In this document: positions 1-8,344 of the stretch, piece after piece
Position numbering within the stretch: position 1 is the stretch's first letter
Layout: each line of letters starts with the position of its first letter
Assembly (NCBI GenBank): GCA_049967255.1
Contig: JBMFTB010000002.1
Location: forward strand, 2,747 to 66,746
Reading direction: 5' to 3'
Length of the DNA: 64,000 nucleotides
From: Thermoplasmata archaeon
Lineage (GTDB): Archaea; Thermoplasmatota; Thermoplasmata; Thermoplasmatales; ARK-15
Translations under genes and position numbers: made by a program
Notes under the pieces: model-generated
The model's database searches: none
What the model was told of the DNA's origin: nothing
Seen by the model: only the letters and a program-made list of their open reading frames with translations

Positions 1-259
1 TGGTGTAATACTTTCAGGTTTTGCACTTGCAATAATGATGACAGTAGGCGGTGGATCATGGGATAATGCAAAGAAATACATAGAACTAGGAAATTTTGGT
101 GGTAAGGGATCGGAAGCTCACAAGGCAGCTGTTGTAGGTGATACAGTTGGTGATGCATTGAAGGATACTGCAGGTCCAGCAATAAATCCTCTTGTAAAAG
201 TGGTGAACACAGTATCTATACTATTTATTGCTTTGATAATAGCTATTCACCTCCTTTAA
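1..259 (+). CDS. hppA: Membrane H+/Na+-translocating pyrophosphatase, C-terminal end (5' part outside window)
   Basis: Frame 2 is open from the window edge to TAA at 257-259. The block [46 protein letters not shown] is the conserved C-terminal V-PPase motif region, followed by a terminal hydrophobic helix. Confidence 0.85.
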   Translation, partial: GVILSGFALAIMMTVGGGSWDNAKKYIELGNFGGKGSEAHKAAVVGDTVGDALKDTAGPAINPLVKVVNTVSILFIALIIAIHLL

Positions 260-291
260 TTTTTTTTAAAAAATATAAAAAATAAAAAGGT
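260..291. terminator. Bidirectional oligo-T/oligo-A tract between convergent genes
   Basis: A T8 run lies directly after the hppA stop. On the other strand several T5 runs follow the stop of the 292-2958 gene. Archaeal termination typically uses oligo-T. Confidence 0.3.
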
Positions 292-2958
292 TTATTTAGA
301 CAGATAGAAGTATAGAGTTGTTCCTCCACCACCTATAACTGGATTCTCTTCATACTGTGCCCCGTTTAGATATGGTGAATAGTACCAGAACCAGTTAAGC
401 TGTTGTGTATACACATAGAATGTGTAGTTTACTGCAATTTCCTCTGCAAGGTCATAATAATGTATGGATTGTGTTTCGTTAGCAGTATATTCGCCCGTTT
501 GTATATACTGGTTCATCAATGCAATAGCATTTGCTTCACTAACGTTGCCAGTGGAATTGAAATCATCTGGATTTAGACCACTACCCAGTGGATATGTCCC
601 ACCCTGGGCATAGAAAGCGCCAACTATATCTGAAGGATAAGGATAATCTGGAATCCATGTTGTTACATATATGGGCATAGGATTCTGACCTGGAACTTGA
701 TAACCTATCCACTGTGAGAATGTTACCACAAGTGGTGTCATTAAAATGTTCGGATCTATTGCTGCCATTGATTGAGCCCACATTGATGCAGCAGCATAAT
801 CTGTAGGATCACCACCATATACAACTACAGGTATGTTGATCGATACATTATAAAGACCCGATTCCATTAAATATTGCTTGGCAAGTGTTAAATCATAATA
901 AGGTACATTTACGCCATCTTTTTCCATCTGCTGGGGTGAGATGTATCCAAGCATACCATATGGAATGAAACCAGTGTAATGGAATGAGAAATTAGCACCA
1001 TATATTGAATTACCTACAAGCTTATCGATATAATCACTGTAATTGAAAGCATAGGCAAATGCTCTTCTAACATCAATGTTCTGGAAATAGTTTGCAGGTA
1101 TGTGATATTGAGCGCCGAACGATCTCATCATTGTTGTATTCACATTAAAGTTGAATGCAAATCCAAAAGTAGTCATTGTAGGGAATTCATAAATGGATAA
1201 TTTGCCCTGTGTTTCCATCTTTGATATTATTGGATACCAGTTTGTAGGTAGGTCAGAGGTACCAGTGTAAATATCAGCCTCTCCACTTTCAAGCATCATA
1301 TATTCTGTTGAAGGATCCTTTACCCATTGTATGTAAATTGTATCATTCATCTTATGGCTATATCCAGGAACACCTGGAATCGGTGTAAAATTTGGATTTG
1401 GGACTAGTATTATATCCTGACCTGGAACATATGTTTGTATCATATATGGGCCAGAACCCATAGCATTCCATCTTACATATGTGTTATAATTTGCTTCATC
1501 GCTATAGTTCATGTACGCCTGGAAACCGGCTGGTGTGAATGTAATTCCAGCACCATGCTGAACGAGCCAGTTCCAGTCCATTATCCCTCCACCAAGTGCA
1601 TCTGCAACATAGTCAAGAAATGCAGGATCTGGCTTTAATAAATGGAATGTTATGCTTTGTGTGGCGTTATCAAAAGAAATTGCGCTCGTAATGTTTTGAT
1701 ACGAGACTGCACCTGGCAGGAATCCACCACCAGGAAGAAGATCCTGAGCTAATATCCAGTCCGGTGTACCTGGTGAACCAAGCATGAATAACAAAGCCCT
1801 CACATAGGATGCATAAACGTCCCATACGGTAAGTGGATCACCATTTGCAAATTTTAACCCTGACCTAATGTAAAATGTGTAATTTTTACCATCGGGAGTA
1901 ATACCACCGTTTGCTATTGTTGGAATTTCCTTTGCTATTATTGGATTAAAGTTTGACGTACTTGATCCGTTATAGGCAACAAGTGTTTCATAAACATTTC
2001 CTATTATTTCGAACCCTACAGTTTCATAATCTATAGCCGGATCAAATGAATATGGGCCACCTGGAACAAGCTCAGCATTTGTGATAACGGATGGGTTTGT
2101 TAATGGTATAGATGATTTTGAAATATTAGCATATGTTCCTGAAGCTAGAATTAGAAGAGTATTGATGAACGTAGTATTTTGATATTGCCCTGATGCAATG
2201 ATCGAGCTTAGATCGCTAACGGGGAAATATGTAAGGTTACTGTTCCCATTATAAACTGAAGAAACATACCTGCTTGAATTAAATGTAATTATGCTAAGAG
2301 AAAGGGGATAGATGCCAGGAGAGGTATAAGAATGTGTAACATTATCCCTCATAAATGTTCCTGAGGATGAATTGAATATTGCAGGATCAACAGCCTTTAT
2401 TCCATCACCAAAGTTCCAGATATAATATCCAATTGTCCAGTTTGTAGCCGTAGGAGGTTGCAGATAAGAACCAGCTATTGAAAAGCTTTCATTTTCATAA
2501 TTAATCTGTGATTTCAGAATGATTGTTGGTATTGTAATTTCAGATGCGATCATTGGTGAAACACTAGGCGGGCTTATTGTTATTAGGAATATACTTCCAT
2601 AATTGTTAAACGTATATCCTTGGTAGTTTGTTGAAACAGTCACTAAATATTTGCCTGGTGTGGAATATGTGTGGGTTATGGGATATCCACCTATCGAGGA
2701 TGAATATGAAGCAATAGCGGTAGTACCATCACCAAAGTTGAATGTTACGTTTGAAGGAGTTCCACCGGTGACAAATGCTGTGAATGAAACCTGCTGGCCA
2801 ACGTATGTAAATATTGCACTCGAAGAAATAGACATGGTTAATGAAGGAGGTGGTGAAACTGTTTTTTTAGGTGATGTTAAAACAATGCTTACTGCTGCAC
2901 CGATTATCACTATAACTACTATTACTGCTACTAAAGCATATAAGCTCTTTTTTTCCAT
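292..2958 (-). CDS. Membrane-anchored extracellular solute-binding protein: N-terminal TM anchor, two PKD-like repeats, ABC family-5 (Opp/Dpp-type) binding domain
   Basis: 888-aa ORF. N-terminal hydrophobic helix LYALVAVIVVIVIIGAAVSIV. FNFGDGT and WNFGDG repeats are typical of PKD domains. The segment VGFEIIGNVYETLVAYNG..YTFYIRSGLKFANGDPLT..DV matches family-5 SBPs. More than 20 N-x-S/T sequons counted by eye. Confidence 0.75.
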   Translation of the reverse strand: MEKKSLYALVAVIVVIVIIGAAVSIVLTSPKKTVSPPPSLTMSISSSAIFTYVGQQVSFTAFVTGGTPSNVTFNFGDGTTAIASYSSSIGGYPITHTYSTPGKYLVTVSTNYQGYTFNNYGSIFLITISPPSVSPMIASEITIPTIILKSQINYENESFSIAGSYLQPPTATNWTIGYYIWNFGDGIKAVDPAIFNSSSGTFMRDNVTHSYTSPGIYPLSLSIITFNSSRYVSSVYNGNSNLTYFPVSDLSSIIASGQYQNTTFINTLLILASGTYANISKSSIPLTNPSVITNAELVPGGPYSFDPAIDYETVGFEIIGNVYETLVAYNGSSTSNFNPIIAKEIPTIANGGITPDGKNYTFYIRSGLKFANGDPLTVWDVYASYVRALLFMLGSPGTPDWILAQDLLPGGGFLPGAVSYQNITSAISFDNATQSITFHLLKPDPAFLDYVADALGGGIMDWNWLVQHGAGITFTPAGFQAYMNYSDEANYNTYVRWNAMGSGPYMIQTYVPGQDIILVPNPNFTPIPGVPGYSHKMNDTIYIQWVKDPSTEYMMLESGEADIYTGTSDLPTNWYPIISKMETQGKLSIYEFPTMTTFGFAFNFNVNTTMMRSFGAQYHIPANYFQNIDVRRAFAYAFNYSDYIDKLVGNSIYGANFSFHYTGFIPYGMLGYISPQQMEKDGVNVPYYDLTLAKQYLMESGLYNVSINIPVVVYGGDPTDYAAASMWAQSMAAIDPNILMTPLVVTFSQWIGYQVPGQNPMPIYVTTWIPDYPYPSDIVGAFYAQGGTYPLGSGLNPDDFNSTGNVSEANAIALMNQYIQTGEYTANETQSIHYYDLAEEIAVNYTFYVYTQQLNWFWYYSPYLNGAQYEENPVIGGGGTTLYFYLSK

Positions 2959-3260
2959 AAAAATTCCTCCAAATATTTCATGTAATTAACCATATTTAAA
3001 ATTTTTTAAAAAATTCTCTCAAAAATGAATAATTTTTTAATTTTAAAGTCAGTGTCAGGAAAATCGATGCTACTAAAAATCTCAACTGCTAAAGAAATTA
3101 TATTCACCCATTTTAAAAATAGAAAAAATAAGGTATTGCAGTTTAAAATCATGACTTTTAAAATTGCTATTATAGGATTAGCTCAAACCAGAAAACTTCA
3201 GATCAGGAATAGCTCATAGATTCGAAGCACTTAAATATAATAAGCAATTTCTCAAACAAT

Positions 3261-3569
3261 ATGTTTTGTCCAAAATGCGGATCTCTAATGTATCCAAAAA
3301 ATGGTAAATGGATATGTTCCAAATGCGGTTATGAAATGCAGATATCAAAGAACGATAAGAATGATAAAATAGTTAACAAGGCAAAGGAAAAAGAAGTAAT
3401 ATTAATAGATAGTGAATTCAGTGTTTTACCTGTTGATGAAAACGTTACATGCCCGAAGTGCGGTAACAGAGGTGCGTACTGGATGCTAAAACAAACACGT
3501 GCAGCGGATGAACCTGAAACAAGGTTTTATATTTGCACAAAATGCGGATATAGATGGCGCGAATATTAG
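3261..3569 (+). CDS. tfs: Transcription factor S / RNA polymerase subunit M (TFIIS-type zinc ribbon)
   Basis: 102 aa. N-terminal CPKCGS..CSKCG zinc ribbon and C-terminal CPKCG..QTRAADEPETRFYICTKCGYRW, the TFIIS domain III signature. Confidence 0.9.
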   Translation: MFCPKCGSLMYPKNGKWICSKCGYEMQISKNDKNDKIVNKAKEKEVILIDSEFSVLPVDENVTCPKCGNRGAYWMLKQTRAADEPETRFYICTKCGYRWREY

Positions 3570-3982
3570 TGGTAATCCATTCCATTCGGAGGTTTTTGTT
3601 TCTGTTGCTGAATTTGAACTGGTAATGGTATTGGAGGAGGCAACCTTATTTCCTTGCTTATTATTACAGATTCTATTATACAGCTATTGACAATAACAGA
3701 ATGAATTTCATTCACGTTTTCATCTGGTAATTTATGCCTGCTTCTCCATTCATTTTCAAGATTTTGCACATCCCCTTCCCAAAGTAATGTTCCTTCCATT
3801 GTTATTAGCCCGAGACCAAAATAATTGGCCGTGAACCTGAAATCTATTAAAGCCTGTTTTTTATCAATTGCCCTTATTTCTGTAACTGTTGAGTTTGTAT
3901 CTATCCTTATCTCAGCTGGGGGTGCTTCGCCCTTTAAAAACCTTTTCGCCTCAATTGAACTTAATTCGAATGATCTGATCAT
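3566..3982 (-). CDS. Hypothetical protein with Pro/Gln-rich C-terminal tail
   Basis: 138-aa ORF with non-repetitive, beta-rich-looking composition. It fills the gap between tfs and the Lrp gene. No family recognised. Confidence 0.5.
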   Translation of the reverse strand: MIRSFELSSIEAKRFLKGEAPPAEIRIDTNSTVTEIRAIDKKQALIDFRFTANYFGLGLITMEGTLLWEGDVQNLENEWRSRHKLPDENVNEIHSVIVNSCIIESVIISKEIRLPPPIPLPVQIQQQKQKPPNGMDYH

Positions 3983-4016
3983 ATATGCACAAATTAACTC
4001 AATATATTAAATATTT

Positions 4017-4529
4017 TCAAAGTCCTATCCAGGGGTTTATTTTATATCCTTTTGCAACAACATGCGTAACTGCCTTAATAATACCTTCTGTTTTAAGGTC
4101 TGAATCAACGAATTCCTGCAATTCCTTCATTGAAAGGAAAAGACCCTCACAAAGAAGATCATACTCCCCTATGATCCTGTAAAGTGTAAGAATCCTTTTG
4201 TTTTTCATGAGTTTTTGGGCCACATCCTCTATTTTGTTCGTATCGGCTTTTATGTAAATGTATGCTTTAATACTGTTTTCTATTGCTGGGATATTGATAA
4301 GCGCTGAAAACCCAAGTATTATTTTCCTTTCTTGTAGTTCTTTTATCCTTCTCCTGATTGTTGCCTCGCTTACCCCTAATGCTTCCGCTATTTCAGAATT
4401 CGTTGTCCTTGCATCATTTCTCAAAAAGCAAAGTATGGCTAAATCTATCTGATCTACAGGAAGCAAAGATGGATCCATTAATGACCATCTTTCAGATATA
4501 TCGCATTTTAATTTTTCAAAATCTACCAT
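4017..4529 (-). CDS. Lrp/AsnC family transcriptional regulator
   Basis: DQIDLAILCFLRNDARTTNSEIAEALGVSEATIRRRIKELQERKII is the Lrp/AsnC HTH. A C-terminal RAM-like domain follows. Confidence 0.85.
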   Translation of the reverse strand: MVDFEKLKCDISERWSLMDPSLLPVDQIDLAILCFLRNDARTTNSEIAEALGVSEATIRRRIKELQERKIILGFSALINIPAIENSIKAYIYIKADTNKIEDVAQKLMKNKRILTLYRIIGEYDLLCEGLFLSMKELQEFVDSDLKTEGIIKAVTHVVAKGYKINPWIGL

Positions 4530-4595
4530 ATTTTATCACTATTCGTAATAAATTAAATAAAATACTTAAATTTTTTTACAAAAATCGTCAATCTT

Positions 4596-5528
4596 TTAAT
4601 CTGTTTTAATCTTCGGTATATATTTTTCTTTTTGCAACAGAACCACCCTGCTATCTTCCCTTTCATCAGAGAAATAATAACCCATTTTTTCCGCAAGTTT
4701 AGCTGAAAATTCCCTTATTTCCTGATGAGAAGGCATACTATCCATGGTAATCCTTTCCCTTGAATATCCCACATAAACGTATCCCTTTGGTTCTACGAAA
4801 TGCGGTTCTGCTCTGCTATCAAGTTTTGCATATTCATCTATATAATCCATGTTCCAGTTTTTTACAAGCGTATGCCTAATAACTTTTCTCGTATCCAATG
4901 AAGGTAAAAGATCAAGTGTCCTGTTCAACCTTTCCCAACCCTTTGAAATCATTGGCACAAGTAATTTTTTATAAATTTCCTCATTTGGAGCAGCAACAGT
5001 AACATAAAGCTGTGTTGGTAATGGATCCAGATTTTCAAGCACTTCTGGCATTGTTCCATTTGTAACAAGGAATGTAGTAATGCCCTTTTTATGATATTCA
5101 GAAATCAATTCTCCAAGGTATGGATAGAGTGTAGGTTCCCCTGTCAGTGATATTGCAACATGCTTTGGTTCCTGTGCTTCAATATATTTATGTTTGTCTG
5201 CCTGGGAATTTCCTCCATAACCTGAGATGAGTTTTCTCTGAGCCTTGATGCTCTCCTCAACTATTGTTTTTGGATCATCAGGATTTTGAATGTATGTTTC
5301 ACTAAATCCCTGATATCTCCAACAAAATAGGCAATTCTGTGTACATTGGTTTAAAGCTGGTGTCATTTGTATACATCTATGTGTTCTTATTCCATAAAAG
5401 GTCTCCTTATAGCAGGGCCTATTTCTTAGCATACTTTCCCTGAACCAATGACATAGTTTCACAGCCGAATTTTCTCCAGTTAAAGCATAACCCTGTTTTT
5501 TAAGCACAAGTTTAAGGGATTCTTCCAT
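4596..5528 (-). CDS. taw1: tRNA 4-demethylwyosine synthase (radical SAM, Taw1/TYW1)
   Basis: 310 aa. N-terminal LKKQGY..VKLCHW and the radical SAM cluster motif CTQNCLFCWR are characteristic of TYW1/Taw1. Confidence 0.85.
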   Translation of the reverse strand: MEESLKLVLKKQGYALTGENSAVKLCHWFRESMLRNRPCYKETFYGIRTHRCIQMTPALNQCTQNCLFCWRYQGFSETYIQNPDDPKTIVEESIKAQRKLISGYGGNSQADKHKYIEAQEPKHVAISLTGEPTLYPYLGELISEYHKKGITTFLVTNGTMPEVLENLDPLPTQLYVTVAAPNEEIYKKLLVPMISKGWERLNRTLDLLPSLDTRKVIRHTLVKNWNMDYIDEYAKLDSRAEPHFVEPKGYVYVGYSRERITMDSMPSHQEIREFSAKLAEKMGYYFSDEREDSRVVLLQKEKYIPKIKTD

Positions 5529-5641
5529 ATTGTTATGAAATCATCATGTATATTTCTATTTTTCCAAATATTTTTATTTGAAATCTAAAATTAAAAAATT
5601 AACAAAAAAATTAAATAAGCCGAATAGGAATATCTTTGCAT

Positions 5642-6382
5642 ATGGATAAGGTAAGGGAAAGATGTTTGACAGGGATTGAAGCCCTTGATAACATCCTCAA
5701 TGGTGGTGTCCCAAAGGGAAATACAGTGCTTATAACAGGTTCAGCAGGTACAGGAAAAACAACTATGAGCATAGAATTCCTTGTTCATGGTGCGATGGAG
5801 GGTGAAAAAGGCCTTTATATTTCAGTAACAGAGGCATCGGAAAAATTGCTTGAAAACTTGATTGTCTACGATTTCTTTTCAAAAGAAATGATTCAAAAAG
5901 GTATAATTTTTATTGATATACCAGAGATATACGAAAAATTGGGAATGAATAAGCTTCAGTTCTCAATGGAGGATATTAATTTGCTAATTGAAAATATTGT
6001 AAAAATAGTTTCAGAATTTAATGTAAAGAGAGTGGTTATCGATTCAATAACATCCATATGTTACAGGCTTCAAACAGAGGAAAAGATCATGGAATTCATT
6101 TTAAGATTGAGCAAGGCCCTTTCCGAACTTGGTTGCACAACGTTTCTTGTATCTGAGCTTCTTCCATCAGCTAAGGGATATTCCCAGTATGGCGTAGAAG
6201 AAGCAGTTTCAGATGGTATAATTTTGTTAGGAAATCTTGAAAGAAAGGGTGATTTGCTAAGAACGCTCAGGGTAGTAAAAATGAGAGGTACATCACATTC
6301 AAGGGCAACATATGTCCTTGATATAACAAGTATTGGAATATTGCTTGTTCCATTGCTAAAGGGCGGAGGTGAAATGGTATAA
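5642..6382 (+). CDS. KaiC-like / RecA-superfamily ATPase (canonical P-loop)
   Basis: TGIEALDNILNGGVPKGNTVLITGSAGTGKTTMSIEFL contains Walker A GSAGTGKT. Walker B is VVIDSITS. The ATG at 5642 is preferred over the TTG at 5636. Confidence 0.85.
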   Translation: MDKVRERCLTGIEALDNILNGGVPKGNTVLITGSAGTGKTTMSIEFLVHGAMEGEKGLYISVTEASEKLLENLIVYDFFSKEMIQKGIIFIDIPEIYEKLGMNKLQFSMEDINLLIENIVKIVSEFNVKRVVIDSITSICYRLQTEEKIMEFILRLSKALSELGCTTFLVSELLPSAKGYSQYGVEEAVSDGIILLGNLERKGDLLRTLRVVKMRGTSHSRATYVLDITSIGILLVPLLKGGGEMV

Positions 6383-6942
6383 TGAATAAGGAAGAGTTTC
6401 AGAAAAAACTTAAAAGTTACCAAGAACCTTTGTCAGTGAGTGTTTCTATTTCGTTATCAAATTATTTTGATGTGATTAAACATGTACTCGAAGATTTTTC
6501 AAGCAATAAAAACTTACCTATTATTTACATTTCAGCTACAATACCTTCAAAAAGCATTTCAACAGTGCTTGATGTTTATGGTGTTGATTCTAAAAAGATA
6601 TTTTTTGTTGATTGCATATCGCACATAATGATGAGCAGCACCGCATATTCAGAGAGAACAGTATTTGTAGAAAGCCCAACAATGCTTGAAACAATAATGC
6701 TAAAGGCGCAGTACATTTTAAACAAATATGTAACCGGAGGAAGCGTAATAGTAATAGATTCAGTGAATTCACTTGCAATCCACAACGATATGAAGATACT
6801 TTCAGAATTTTTACACCTTTTTGTAACATACTTGAGGTCGAGGGGCGCATATTTTGTTATATTATCCATGAAAGAGCAGAGCAACAATGAAATATCAAAC
6901 ATACTGAACTTTGTGAGCGATGAAATACTGGAGGTTGAATGA
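6382..6942 (+). CDS. KaiC/RecA-like protein with deviant P-loop (putative pseudo-ATPase)
   Basis: 186 aa. SATIPSKS sits where Walker A is expected. It retains a Walker-B-like strand (VIVIDSVNSL) and the following helix-strand pattern. TAATG overlap with the upstream gene; GGAGGTGA at 6365-6372. Confidence 0.6.
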   Translation: MNKEEFQKKLKSYQEPLSVSVSISLSNYFDVIKHVLEDFSSNKNLPIIYISATIPSKSISTVLDVYGVDSKKIFFVDCISHIMMSSTAYSERTVFVESPTMLETIMLKAQYILNKYVTGGSVIVIDSVNSLAIHNDMKILSEFLHLFVTYLRSRGAYFVILSMKEQSNNEISNILNFVSDEILEVE

Positions 6943-6943
6943 T

Positions 6944-7693
6944 ATGAGATCTGTTCCTACGGGAGTTGAAAACCTTGATAATGCACTGATGAATGGAATA
7001 CCTGCAGGTTATACTGTCCTATTGTCTGGAACCCCTGGTTCAGGTATTGAATTATTTGCTAAGCAGTTTCTTGCTTTTCATTTGCCAGAGGAGGATGCTA
7101 TCTATATAACAACAACTGAGAGAACTGAGGATATCATAAATACAATGAAGGAGTTCAATTGGAAAACAGATATTAAGATAGTTAACCTTGGTGAAGAATT
7201 TTATAGGCATGTGCTTGAGAAAGAATTATTTATTAGCAAATATAGGGAAGAGGGTATACCTGCAACTGAAATATTAAGGCCACACAAGTTCCACATTGAA
7301 AAGGAACTTGATATTCTAACCCTGCTCACTTATGAGATTTCACTGCTAAAATCCCCATTCAGGTTATCCATAGATTCACTTGATTTTCTTTTCAGCAACG
7401 AGGAAAATGCAAGGGTATTATCAACACTTAGGACAATTAAATCACATACTCAATACAGGCAAGGTGTTGCATTGTTTACTCTGGTAACTGCACTTTATCC
7501 AAGCATTATCCAAAGCGGTGTAGAGGAAATAGTGGACATAATTCTAACTATGGAAAATATAAGGACACAAACAGGGTTTGACCGTGTATTAACAATAAAG
7601 AAATTCAGAAACCATCCTGAAAAAGTTGGTATATTCAAATACGATTTTTCAAAGAATGGTATATCAATCCAGAAAATAAGTTCAATGAAGTAG
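6944..7693 (+). CDS. KaiC-like protein with inactivated Walker A (GTPGSGIE)
   Basis: TGVENLDNALMNGIPAGYTVLLSGTPGSGIELFAKQFL aligns with the KaiC-like N-terminus of the first gene, but Lys-Thr is replaced by Ile-Glu. ATG 6944 is preceded by GGAGGT (6930-6935). The track start at 6920 is probably too long. Confidence 0.7.
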   Translation: MRSVPTGVENLDNALMNGIPAGYTVLLSGTPGSGIELFAKQFLAFHLPEEDAIYITTTERTEDIINTMKEFNWKTDIKIVNLGEEFYRHVLEKELFISKYREEGIPATEILRPHKFHIEKELDILTLLTYEISLLKSPFRLSIDSLDFLFSNEENARVLSTLRTIKSHTQYRQGVALFTLVTALYPSIIQSGVEEIVDIILTMENIRTQTGFDRVLTIKKFRNHPEKVGIFKYDFSKNGISIQKISSMK

Positions 7694-8341
7694 CCTGTGT
7701 ATGAGTTTTGCCTTTTCTTCGCCTATACCTTTAATTTTTTTTAGTTCTTGAATTGATGCCTTTGAAATATTTTCTATCGTTCCAAATTTTTCAAGAAGAA
7801 GTTTTGCTGTTTTTTCGCCAACATAAGGTATGGAACTGAGGATGTAAACCTTCCATGATTGATCATCCATTGAATAGTTGATCTTTCTCTCCCATTTTAT
7901 GTTAGGGTTACCATCATTTCTACCCTCAATCTCCCTTTTTATAAGAATCCTTAAAAATTCTGAAAGTGCGTGCTCTGTTTCAGTATGGAATACTTGGATG
8001 TTGTAAACATAAACTATTTCCTGCAACGCTCCAAAGATGCTGGCCCAGCTGATTCTTGCTGTAAGCACAGCAGGAAGCATAGGATCATGGATCAAAAGAA
8101 TTCTCCTTTTTATATTATAATCCAATACACTTTCTGCAGAATGAATCCTTGCTAGCTGATCCCATAATCTGGAATTCTTTATTGATTCTATAAAATCAAC
8201 AGAACTTTTTCTTTCAATTAGAATTGTTTCTTTATCAATTGGTATTAAAATATCTCCAACTGGAAGGTTATAGATTTCAACATCATCAATCTCAAGAGCT
8301 AATGGGATTATTTTTCTTTCCCTGTAATCGAGTATGATCAT
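7682..8341 (-). CDS. xpf: Short archaeal XPF/ERCC4-type structure-specific nuclease with C-terminal (HhH)2
   Basis: The ERCC4 motif is present as GDILI..IERKSSVDF. The C-terminal IPYVGEKTAKLLLEKFGTIENISKASIQELKKIKGIGEEKA is a tandem helix-hairpin-helix. Confidence 0.85.
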   Translation of the reverse strand: MIILDYRERKIIPLALEIDDVEIYNLPVGDILIPIDKETILIERKSSVDFIESIKNSRLWDQLARIHSAESVLDYNIKRRILLIHDPMLPAVLTARISWASIFGALQEIVYVYNIQVFHTETEHALSEFLRILIKREIEGRNDGNPNIKWERKINYSMDDQSWKVYILSSIPYVGEKTAKLLLEKFGTIENISKASIQELKKIKGIGEEKAKLIHRLLH

Positions 8342-8344
8342 ATT

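Noticed and set aside
3025-3219. 64-codon ORF in the 300-bp gap between the SBP gene and tfs
   Set aside because: It lies in very AT-rich, low-complexity sequence, has Lys/Ile/Phe-dominated composition and lacks an SD. This region is more likely the divergent promoter region. No C/D-box or other RNA motif was convincingly seen either.
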